Part shown: positions 11,864-22,589 of the stretch, piece after piece
Numbering within the stretch: the stretch's first letter is position 1
Layout of the letters: each line of letters begins with the position of its first letter
DNA from: Nemertoderma westbladi
Lineage: Eukaryota > Animalia > Xenacoelomorpha
NCBI GenBank assembly: GCA_032718475.1
Contig: JAUCBJ010002391.1
Span: forward strand, 1-59,953
Length of the DNA stretch: 59,953 bases
Reading direction: 5' to 3'
Notes under the pieces: generated by a model
Database searches by the model: none
The model's input: only the letters and a program-made list of their open reading frames with translations
What the model was told of the DNA's origin: nothing
Position numbers and translations under genes: made by a program

Positions 11864-14034
11864 TCTAACTCACTAACAAATTCACTAACTAACTCTCTAA
11901 CACACTCACTAACTAACTCTCTAACACACTCACTAACTAACTCACTAACACACTCACTAACTCACTAACACACTCACTAACTAACTCACTAACACACTCA
12001 CTAACTAACTCTCTAACACTCACTAACTAACTCTCTAACACACTCACTAACTAACTCACTAACACACTCACTAACTAACTCTCTAACACACTCACTAACT
12101 AACTCTCTAACACACTCACTAACACACCCACTAACTAACTCTCTAACACACTCACTAACCAACTCACCAACACACTCACTAACTAACTCACTAACACACT
12201 CACTAACTAACTCTCTAACACACTCACTAACTAACTCTCTAACACACTCACTAACTAACTCACTAACACACTCACTAACTAACTCTCTAACACACTCACT
12301 AACTAACTCACTAACAAACTCACTAACTAACTCACTAACACACTCACTAACTAACTCACTAACACACTCACTAACTAACTCACTAACACACTCACTAACT
12401 AACTCACTAACACACTCACTAACTAACTAACTCACTAACACACTCACTAACTATCTCACTAACACACTCACTAACTAACTCACTAACACACTCACTAACT
12501 AACTCACTAACACACTCACTAACTAACTCACTAACACACTCACTAACTAAACTCACTAACACACTCACTAACTAACTCACTAACACACTCACTAACACAC
12601 TCACTAACTAACTCTCTAACACACTCACTAACTAACTCACTAACACACTCACTAACTAACTCACTAACACACTCACTAACTAACTATCTAACACACTCAC
12701 TAACTAACTCGCTAACACACTCACTAACTAACTCACTAACACACTCACTAACTAACTCTCTAACACACTCACTAACTAACTCACTAACACACTCACTAAC
12801 TAACTCACTAACACACTCACTAACTAACTCACTGACACACTCACTAACTAATTCACTAACACACTCACTAACTAACTCTCTAACACACTCACTAACTAAC
12901 TCACTAACACACTCACTAACTAAAATCACTAACACACTCACTAACTAACTCACTAACACACTCACTAACACACTCACTAACTAACTCTCTAACACACTCA
13001 CTAACTCACTCACTAACACACTCACTAACTAACTCACTAACACACTCACTAACTAACTCTCTAACACACTCACTAACGAACTCACTAACACACTCACTAA
13101 CTAACTCACTAACTATCTCACTAACACACTCACTAACTAACTCACTAACACACTCACTAACTAACTCACTAACACACTCACTAACTATGTCACTAACACA
13201 CTCACTAACTAACTCATTAAAAAAACTCACTAACTAACTCACTAACACACTCACTAACTAACTCACTAACTCACTCACTAACACACTCACTAACTAACTC
13301 ATTAACACACTCACTAACACACTCACTAACACACTCACTAACTAACTCACTAACACACTCACTAACTAACTCTCTAACACACTCACTAACTAACTCACTA
13401 ACACACTCACTAACTAACTCACTAACACACTAACTAACTAACTCACTAACACACTCACTAACTAACTCACTAACACACTCACTAACTAACTCACTAACAA
13501 ATTCACTAACTAACTCTCTAACACACTCACTAACTAACTCTCTAACACACTCACTAACTAACTCACTAACACACTCACTAACTCACTAACACACTCACTA
13601 ACTAACTCACTAACACACTCACTAACTAACTCTCTAACACTCACTAACTAACTCTCTAACACACTCACTAACTATAACTCACTAACTAACTCACTAACAC
13701 ACTCACTAACTAACTCTCTAACACACTCACTAACTAACTCTCTAACACACTCACTAACACACTCACTAACTAACTCTCTAACACACTCACTAACTAACTC
13801 ACTAACACACTCACTAACTAACTCACTAACACACTCACTAACTAACTCTCTAACACACTCACTAACTAACTCTCTAACACACTCACTAACTAACTCACTA
13901 ACACACTCACTAACTAACTCTCTAACACACTCACTAACTAACTCACTAACACACTCACTAACTAACTCACTAACACACTCACTAACTAACTCTCTAACAC
14001 ACTCACTAACTAACTCTCTAACACACTCACTAAC
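11864..14034. repeat. Intronic satellite, 24 bp unit (CTCACTAACACACTCACTAACTAA) built from two 12-mers
   Basis: Directly visible and almost G-free on the + strand. Abuts the 42-bp array with no spacer. Explains the 'ELVSECVS' ORFs. Confidence 0.97.
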
Positions 14035-14812
14035 TTTTTTCCTGACCATCCACATAATCATTTAATTTTCAATGGATGACAGTGATGATGAAGTTATTGA
14101 AACTGTTTCTGCGTATATGTTGTCGGAACAAACTAAACTCATTTCACGAGAGCATTTGGATACATCCAATAAATTACAAGAAGATAACTGTGATTGGCGT
14201 TACAAGATCACCGTTATGATCAGCTGTGAGATGATCCTCAGAAATTTCCATTGGTACATTTGATGTACTTTTGTCCCTAATTTTCCCTTTTCTAATGTAC
14301 ATTTCAAAAAAATTTTCAAACATCCTGGATCTCTGGTGTACGGTCTCCCATAGTCTACCATGTATTCTATAATTCGAGGTGCAAAAAATAGAACATCGAG
14401 GATGTCTGGGTGTTCTTTTTTGCATCTTGCATCTCTAGTGTGCGGCGGGCCTAATAGAGTAATAATTAATGGATGAATGAATAAATTCAATAACAAATCT
14501 CGTCGTCAGTCTGACATCTTGTCAACATTTCAGTCTACACGCCCACGCACATCACCATATTCTAGTGTTTCAACGGGATCCCGACGTATAAATAGTGAAG
14601 CAAATTTCTTGAATATCTGATAAATATAGTTGCAGCAGAACGGAAATGTTTTGATTACATATAATTTTTATTTTTATGTCAGTAAACCATCCAGATATCA
14701 ATTGCAAAATAATTTTAATATAACTACATCTTACTAATATTTCAGAAGTGTAAAATAAAGTGAGTGATACCTAAAACCCGCCAAACATACTATTAACGTT
14801 AAGGAATTTAAG

Positions 14813-15112
14813 GAAAAAAACGAAAACATTTTTTTTCAATTATTCTCACGACTCCTAATTTCTCAGTAAATAAATAGGGCTATGGCAAGGACTAGGGGCC
14901 TACCTGGACAAAAAAATATGGCTAGAGCAAGGGGGCGCCTACCTCTGTACCTGGAGAATAGTGAACAAATATTTTTTCCCAAGTAATAATAATTATTTGG
15001 GAATAAATAAGAATTTTTTCACTATTCTCTAGGCATTTTATTTACCGAGCGTCAGCAAGGGTAATAAAGGGTCGAGAGAATATTGAAAAAAAATGTTCTA
15101 CGTTTTTTTCCC
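14813..15112. mobile_element. Foldback/MITE-like palindromic element
   Basis: Nested imperfect inverted repeats: AAAAAAACGAAAACATTTTTTTTTCAATTATTCTCACGAC (~14815-14851) vs GTCGAGAGAATATTGAAAAAAAATGTTCTACGTTTTTTT (~15071-15109), and GAGAATAGTGAA vs TTCACTATTCTC. Confidence 0.55.
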
Positions 15113-15708
15113 GTGTAATACGTAATTTTATTCTTAAATTTGTACGCTTTTGTTGTCCAATTCTTTAATAAAAGATAGAACGATATAGTAGTATTACAAA
15201 ATAAATTTAACTGTAGTATTTTACTATATTGCGCCCATACTTACTGCGATTAAAATTATTGTACTCTTCAAATTCTGATGTTACGTTACTCAATGTTTAA
15301 TAACTTAGTGTTCTAGAGTAGGCCCTATTTATTACCTAACTAGAGAGCCGCTTAACAACATAAACTAATATTGGGTATTGAGTTCCGTTTTGGAGTTCGC
15401 CTTGCAGACACTAAAGTTGCAATGACTTTTGAGTGTGTGAATTTATTTTATTCAAATTACGTGCAAACCTTTTCTAATTTGATGATCTTTCATCACATGT
15501 AATACAATTTACGAAATTCCGCCAAAAACATTCTCTTTTACTTTTTTCGCCCTCAAAAAAGTAAAATCAACGCAATGCGAAGTGATATTGTTTTCCGTAG
15601 GGCGTAGGGAAAAATAGTACTCATTTTTCTACCGATTTTGGGGCACATTCGTGCGAAAAAGTAACAACTTAAGAAAAAATTATTATTTTTGAGTTAAGGA
15701 TAACTCAC

Positions 15709-16102
15709 CCGCTGCGCCATGAGTCTGCAGATCGGCCTGCAAAGAGATAACACGTAGATCCAGCAGCATTGTCAGTAGAACAGGAAGGGTCCAGTTCTCG
15801 TCCTTCATCGCCTGGAAGAGCTTGAGGAAAGCGCAGACCACCTGATTTTGGTATTCAACAGCGGATATATAGTTACTGTGGACGAGTACGTGAACCACAG
15901 AACGCAGATGGTTGGCTATCAGCGTGTCCCACGGCGAGGGGAGGAATTCCTGCACATCGTCCTCTGCGTTCTCGATAAGCAGTCGCTTGTTGGTCGTGTG
16001 GCCATCCCGATGGGACAGCAGGTTGGCCAACATCTGGCCTTCACGATTCTCCATTGCGATTTCAAACTGTGACAAATAGTCTGAGATTGGCGGAAAACTC
16101 AT
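15709..16102 (-). CDS. PCID2: PCID2 exon 1 of 2 (spliced product 406 aa)
   Basis: ATG at 16102 (MSFPPISDYLSQ...). Motifs LPSPWDTLIANHLR and KDENWTLPVLLTMLLDLR match the PCID2 N-terminus. Donor G|GTGAGT at 15708; 394+827=1221 nt = 407 codons. Confidence 0.93.
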
Positions 16103-17504
16103 TATTCTGGAGACTGGTAGAGGTATTCTGGATTCTGCTAGTTCTGTAGTTGGGCGCGTGTTCTGCACTGACAGGTGACAGGTAGACAATTACAGCCTTG
16201 CAGCAGTACACAGGTACAGGTACATCAGTAGGCCTACTGCAGTAGCAGAGTAGTCAAAGATTCGTAGTGTGAGAATTTATTAAATAAAACTAGCGGAGGT
16301 AGGGCCTACTGAAATACACATGCAGAGTGCAGACCACATTACTACACATTTAGGCCTAGTTACCGTTACCGCACTCCTGCACTCAGGCACTTCAGCACTT
16401 ACCGCTTACCGGTCTGCCGGTACTGAAATTTACTTTTGGGCCTATCTCCGTAACTGCCGAACTGTCCTGTCTGCCTGTCAGCTGTCAGACTTTACTATAC
16501 AATATTTAAAATTCCCCCTTCTCAGCTCATTTCTTCTGTCAGTCTGTTTCTAATCATTGGGTCACAGTCAAGGAGTACTACTGTATATACAAGGCCATGC
16601 CATCGAGTTAACTGGGGGTGGTGACTGGGGGCAACATTTTCTTAAGCTGGGTAACAGAGATTTCCTTCTATTATTATATATATATACAGTATATGTTTAT
16701 TGACTAATATCCGACAAAAGACATTATTATCATTAAATATTTGAAATTACATAATATGAAATATAAACTTAGTGAAACTAAATAACTTTAGATCTAAAAT
16801 TAGTCCCTTCAAATTAGTAACTTGAAAATGTCCCAGTTATTTTCTCGAGTTAGTGCCCTTGCAGTTCTTTGAAAATTTGAGAAATTATTTTGACGATTCT
16901 TTCCCCGTTGTTTATTAACATAAATTCTGCTACCGTGGAGTAGGATTTTCCCCCCAATAAATCTTTCGTCAATGAACAACCTGATAACTCGTGTTATTTG
17001 TTATGTACCGACGACTATTACAACTAGAAAGGCTTTCTAGTGTAGATCAACTTCTTCACCATTTCAAATTAAAACGTCACATGAGTGAGCAAACAAACAT
17101 TATAAAGCTGGTAAACTTGGCAGGTATCTACAGTACTACGGTACAACATATAGGTATATGATAATGTACATAATGATAATGATAATGTATTACATGTCAA
17201 AATATCACTTCCAAAGCATTACAAACCAATAAAATGTGGGAGAAGGTTAAAACAGTCAGACATACTCCAAGGACTCCGACAACCTATAGTTTAGTATTTA
17301 CTTTTAGATCGCTGATAAGAATGAACTCTAAAGAATTGAAATTGGCCAAAATTAGCAAAAAATGCATTATAAACAACGAAATGAGAGAAGGATTTCATTG
17401 TCTAACAGTTCGCCCCCTACCGATAGACTGGAGAACTGCAGACTGATCAGCGTCCTCCCAAAATTTGCAGCAATGGTGTAGTAAACGGTAGGTGCTAAAA
17501 TGCA

Positions 17505-19292
17505 CAACGAGCAACATTGACCAACAACGAGCAATAATGAGCAACAACGAGCATCAATGAGCAACAACGAACAACAATGAGCAACAACGAGCACCAATGA
17601 GCAACAACGAACAACAATGACCAACAACGAGCAATAATGACCAACAACGAGCAATAATGAGCAACAACGAGCATCAATGAGCAACAACGAACAACAATGA
17701 GCAACAACGAGCACCAATGAGCAACAACGAACAACAATGAGCAACAACGAGCAACAATGAACAACAACGAACAATAATAAAGCACAACAATGAGCACCAA
17801 CAAGGAACAAATGAGCAATTATAAAGTACAACAACGAGCAACAATGATCAACAGCGAACAACAATGAGCAACAACAAGCACTAATGAGCAACAACGAACA
17901 ACAATGAGCAACAATGAGCAACAACGAGCACCAATGTGCAACAACGAAAAATAAAGCACAACAATGAGCACCAACAAGGAACAATGAGCAATAATAAAGT
18001 ACAACAACGAGCAACAATGATCAACAGCGAACAACAATGAGCAACAACGAGCATCAATGAGCAACAACGAACAACAATGAGCAACAACGAGCACCAATGA
18101 GCAACAACGAACAACAATGAGCACCAACAAGGAACAATGAGCAATAATAAAGTACAACAACGAGCAACAATGAGCAACTACGAGCAACAATGAACAACAA
18201 CGAACAATAATACAGCACAACAATGAGCACCAACAAGGAACAATGAGCAATAATAAAGTACAACAACGAGCAACAATGATCAACAGCGAACAACAATGAG
18301 CAACAACGAGCATCAATGAGCAACAACGAACAACAATGAGCAACAACGAGCACCAATGAGCAACAACGAACAACAATGAGCACCAACAAGGAACAATGAG
18401 CAATAATAAAGTACAACAACGACCAACAATGAGCAACAACGAGCAACAATGAACAACAACGAACAATAATAAAGCACAACAATGAGCACCAACAAGGAAC
18501 AATGAGCAATAATAAAGTACAACAACGAGCAACAATGATCAACAGCGAACAACAATGAGCAACAACGAGCACCAATGAGCAACAACGAACAACAATGAGC
18601 AACAACGAGCAACAATGAACAACAACGAACAATAATAAATCACAACAATGAGCACCAACAAGGAACAATGAGCAATAATAAAGTACAACAACGAGCAACA
18701 ATGATCAACAGCGAACAACAATGAGCAACAACGAGCACCAATGAGCAACAACGAACAACAATGAGCAACAACGAGCAACAATGAACAACAACGAACAATA
18801 ATAAATCACAACAATGAGCACCAACAAGGAACAATGAGCAATAATAAAGTACAGCAACGATCAACAGCGAACAACAATGAGCAACAACGGGCACCAATGA
18901 ACAACAACGAACAACAATGAGCAACAACGAGCAACAATGAACAACAACGAACAATAATAAATCACAACAATGAGCACCAACAAGGAACAATGAGCAATAA
19001 TAAAGTACAACAACGAGCAACAACGAGCAACAGCAAACAACAATGAGCAACAACGAGCAGCAATGAGCAACAACGAACAACAATGAGCAACAATGAGCAA
19101 CAACGAGCAACAGTGAGCAATAACAAGCAATAATAAAGTACAACAACGAGCAACAACGAGCAACAGCAAACAACAATGAGCAACAACGAGCAGCAATGAG
19201 CAACAACGAACAACAATGAGCAACAATGAGCAACAACGAGCAACAGTGAGCAATAACAATCAATAATAAAGTACAACAACGAGCAACAATGA
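17505..19292. repeat. CAA-rich satellite based on 10-bp subunits (GAGCAACAAC / GAGCAACAAT) with higher-order variants
   Basis: Directly visible. Explains the Cys/Leu/Val-rich minus-strand ORFs. Confidence 0.95.
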
Positions 19293-19689
19293 TACTTATT
19301 CAGTATTGTATCCCAGTAATCCCGAATATATATGTAGGATATAAATAAATTCCCAACCAAGAACTTAATAAAAAATGCTTTCATACCCGCAATGTCATCA
19401 AGATGGTGCACAATACTGCTATACCGGAACCGGTAGGCCTACAAATATTTATCAGTTTACCTTATTTCAGTCTTGTTCTGTTCGGCTAGTGTTGTTGAAA
19501 CTTACCGGTACGAACAATACCTAATGCTGGAGATAATTAATGAATTGCCGTAAAGTCATGTAGTTCTATTATCGGTACAATATGGTTTCAGGGCCCTCCT
19601 GCCCCTCTACCTATTATCAAATCAAATCAAATTCATTTATTTCCATCATATTTCCTTTCCCTTTAACGTCTTCAAGCCTGATATGACCT

Positions 19690-19960
19690 CAAACTCTATG
19701 TCATATGTTTGCTGGAATGTAGAAGGTCTAAAATCTATGGTCGACACAACAATGGATGAGACTCTCGATGACACTGATGTTATATTCCTCACAGAAACCT
19801 TCTCAGAAGACCCCAATCTACAGAACTACACTTGCTACAACTGTAGTTGGGATAAACGGGATGGGGGTCGGCCAGCAGGTGGTACTTTTCCTCATGGTAG
19901 CTTACTTCCCTCCAGGTACAGAGGTTACCGACATCCTACTCGAAGTTAATTTTCTTTTTG
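19690..19960 (+). pseudogene. Non-LTR retrotransposon AP-endonuclease N-terminal fragment
   Basis: SYVCWNVEGL...DVIFLTETF...GGRPAGG then VAYFPPG after a frameshift/deletion. These are canonical APE motifs (WNVxG, LxET, GRxxGG, xYxPP). Confidence 0.75.
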
Positions 19961-19986
19961 ATTGATTCAATTATTATTATATCAAT

Positions 19987-20692
19987 TCATTCAATTGATT
20001 GATTGATTGATTGATGTTCTAGTGTCAAGCTTGAGGGAACCAATGAGACACCTCCAATGTTATATAGTGTCTGGTTGGAGATGTGTGCATTGTACTTGAC
20101 ACAATGAACCCGGCGTAGCATTTTTGTGAATGTGCCATCCAGAGATTTGGTGTCCTCAGCAGTTAGAGCCCAGCATGGACTTCCATAGAGGAGTACTGGA
20201 ACTACTGCTACTCTAATTAATCGGACCTTAAGTTTCCGATTAATTCTCGGTGACTTCCAAATCCTGGAAAGCCTATTCAAGGCTGCCCATGCCTTTCCCA
20301 TACGTATTCGAAGGTCCTCACCTGACTTCCGGATCCATGATCCCAGGTAACAGAAGTCGTCCACATGCTCAAGCATACCATCCTTTGAGCTTATGCTCAT
20401 CCGATCAGAGACTTGCTGAGGACTTTCAAAGTTAACAGTCAAAATTTTGGTCTTTCTGGAGTTAATAAAAAGACCAACACTAGAAGCAGCATGTTCTAAT
20501 GAGCTGAGGAGCCATTGGGCTCCCTCAAGTGATTCTGAGAGTACTCTTAAGTCATCAGCAAAGTCTAGATCAGTTAGGTACTTGGCAGGATTTCCTCGAC
20601 TTCTGGAGCCAGTAGGTGGAGTTATCATCACCCCATCATCATTATGATGATCTAAGGACATGCGTAGAACATAGTCAACCACAATTATATAC
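19987..20692 (-). mobile_element. RTE-like LINE reverse transcriptase fragment (catalytic domain to thumb), truncated
   Basis: LTDLDFADDL, VGLFINSRKTK, VDDFCYLGSWI, IRMGKAWAAL, VLLYGS..WALT; ends in (CAAT)n. Confidence 0.9.
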
Positions 20693-21031
20693 TAGCCGCT
20701 CACCTCAACTACAAATTATAATTATAGCGGAACTCCGACATGGGGACGACCCCCATTCAGGCTGATTTATATAACTTTTAATATATATATTTATTTTTAA
20801 TTTATAACTTTTAATAATTAATTTTAATACACAAAACATACACAGGATAGGTAGGCCTATCATGTCCTACACTGCAGCAGCTGCCCCTCCATCGCATCCA
20901 TCTCACAGACATAACTCTCTATCTAATTACAGTAATGTATGTATATACTGTTTATACTGTATATGTAATTTTTATTTAATAGTAAATATCTTAAATTCCA
21001 TTAAAAAAAAACATTTTATTCCAAAATTGTA

Positions 21032-21182
21032 ACATTACTCAACGCCGTTAGTATTAACAGCGAGTTGTTATTTAGCACTTTACAACTTTAGAGGACATTA
21101 CAGCATTGTATTGGCCTGTACATTTAGTATTGTATTTGGTGTTATTGTTTACGTGGTAACCATTGACGGCGTTAAGTAATGT
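21032..21182. mobile_element. Small inverted-repeat (MITE-like) remnant
   Basis: ACATTACTCAACGCCGTTA (21032-21050) is near-complementary to TGACGGCGTTAAGTAATGT (21164-21182). Confidence 0.45.
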
Positions 21183-21314
21183 CCACTAAGGGGACAGCAA
21201 TGTCACTTTTATGTCACTTTTATGTCATTATATTTATAGAGCAACTAATTTAATTTATGCAGTTTCTATCACTTATAATATATATATACAATCATATCGT
21301 AATGTTACAATATT

Positions 21315-21478
21315 GGAATAAAACTACATACATACTGGTTGCAAAGTACTTTCAGTTTTCTGATCCTCGTGGCTTTATTTTCACTCACTCACTAACGTTC
21401 GTTCGTGTAATAAAGCCACTCGGATCATCACACTGTAAAGTGCTACTTTACACACAAGTATGTAAATAGTTATTACTG
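21315..21478. mobile_element. Palindromic MITE-like remnant
   Basis: GATCCTCGTGGCTTTATT..CAC pairs with GTGTAATAAAGCCACTCGGATC; outer TACATAC pairs with GTATGTA. Confidence 0.5.
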
Positions 21479-21684
21479 TTATATATAATTAATTATTAAA
21501 ATTAAATTAAATTTACCCCGACTGGGGGTGTATAGTTCCTTTAAAAAAATAAAAAATTTGGTGGGGGGTGTACGCATACTGCACCAGTGCCAATGGTTTC
21601 ATCCCACCAAACACTCGAAGAAGAGACCACAGAGACTATCAGGTTACCAAAGATTTCGTGACGTTATATGACCAGCCTCTGTAC

Positions 21685-22030
21685 AACTCCCTCTTGAAAT
21701 GACTCCCCAGTCATCTCAGCATCTGCTGAGAACACTCCCCACTTATCTCAGCCTAGGCTGAGAACACTCCCCTTAGGCTGATATGACTCCCCTTAGGCTG
21801 AGATGACTCCCCTAATTGAGTTATAATTCATATCCGTAGATGTGTTATTTTCGTATATTGTAAAAATAAAACTGTAAAGTTACCGTTTATTGTTTTGGTT
21901 AGAAAAGCCCGCCACTGTAACCTGCTCCTTTCCGTTAATGAAGAAATCTAGGGAGAAAACTGGGGAGTGTTCTCAGCCTAGGCTGAGAAGACTGGGGAGT
22001 CATATTTGGTGGGGAGTTATCTCAGCCTGT
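21685..22030. mobile_element. Inverted-repeat element with subterminal repeats (ACTCCCC / CTCAGCCTAGGCTGAG)
   Basis: The left arm (21685-21815) and right arm (21950-22030) are reverse complements, both containing CTCAGCCTAGGCTGAG and ATGACTCCCCAGT / ACTGGGGAGTCAT. Confidence 0.65.
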
Positions 22031-22079
22031 TACACCTCCAAGACTTGCAGCTCAGAGTAGTGTGAACGGAGGGTGCTCA

Positions 22080-22420
22080 GAGCAGTGAAAAAATCCCCCC
22101 ACATAATTTTCGCATTTTGTCGGCAGGCCAGAGGGAATAGCCCATACCGAAGGGACAGTTTGTCCCTAAACTCATTTGCGCTGGGGTCTGTACCATCCAG
22201 AATTGAAAGCTGGGCGGTCAAACAACTACCTGTTTCATTGGGAGAGCGATTGGGATTTTTAAGCATAGTTGATATGCTCGGGCACTTAAATAGGCACTCC
22301 ACGTGTACAGTCCCGGACACTATTATTGTTCCTTGGTGCTGCTTTGGCTGGGTTTGCGTCGTAGCAGTGGGTCCCGAAGACCAATATGCCTCTGTGCCTG
22401 ATATTGTGTAAACCTAGGGT
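22080..22420 (-). pseudogene. Decayed CRE-like non-LTR retrotransposon remnant
   Basis: TGSCLTAQLSILDGTDPSANEFRDKLSLRYGL matches the S-WL...G..L...EFRD.L.LRYG motif also present in the element at 48307 (EFRDAVCLRYGW). An IGLRDP motif occurs upstream in another frame. Confidence 0.65.
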
Positions 22421-22589
22421 AGGGAGCCAGATAAGTTTTCGTTTCAACATGAATGCTTTTTAGAGCGACTCGACTAGCCAGGGCTCATCTCTCTCTGCTT
22501 TGTATCCTTAAATGGTATCTGGATGAGTAGGGCCTACTGGAAATATGTCGTCAGACTTGTGCGCAATCCCTGGCCTAAAGTCCGAAGAA

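Noticed and set aside
12684-14061. ELVSECVS repeat protein ORFs
   Set aside because: Satellite translation inside the PCID2 intron, with frequent frame breaks and no ATG or splice support.
16103-16189. N-terminal extension of PCID2 in the ORF track
   Set aside because: It starts at a non-ATG codon; family similarity begins at the ATG at 16102.
17367-19411. Cys-rich hydrophobic 200+ aa ORFs
   Set aside because: All three minus frames are open because the (TTG)-rich repeat lacks stops; the 10-bp period is inconsistent with coding.
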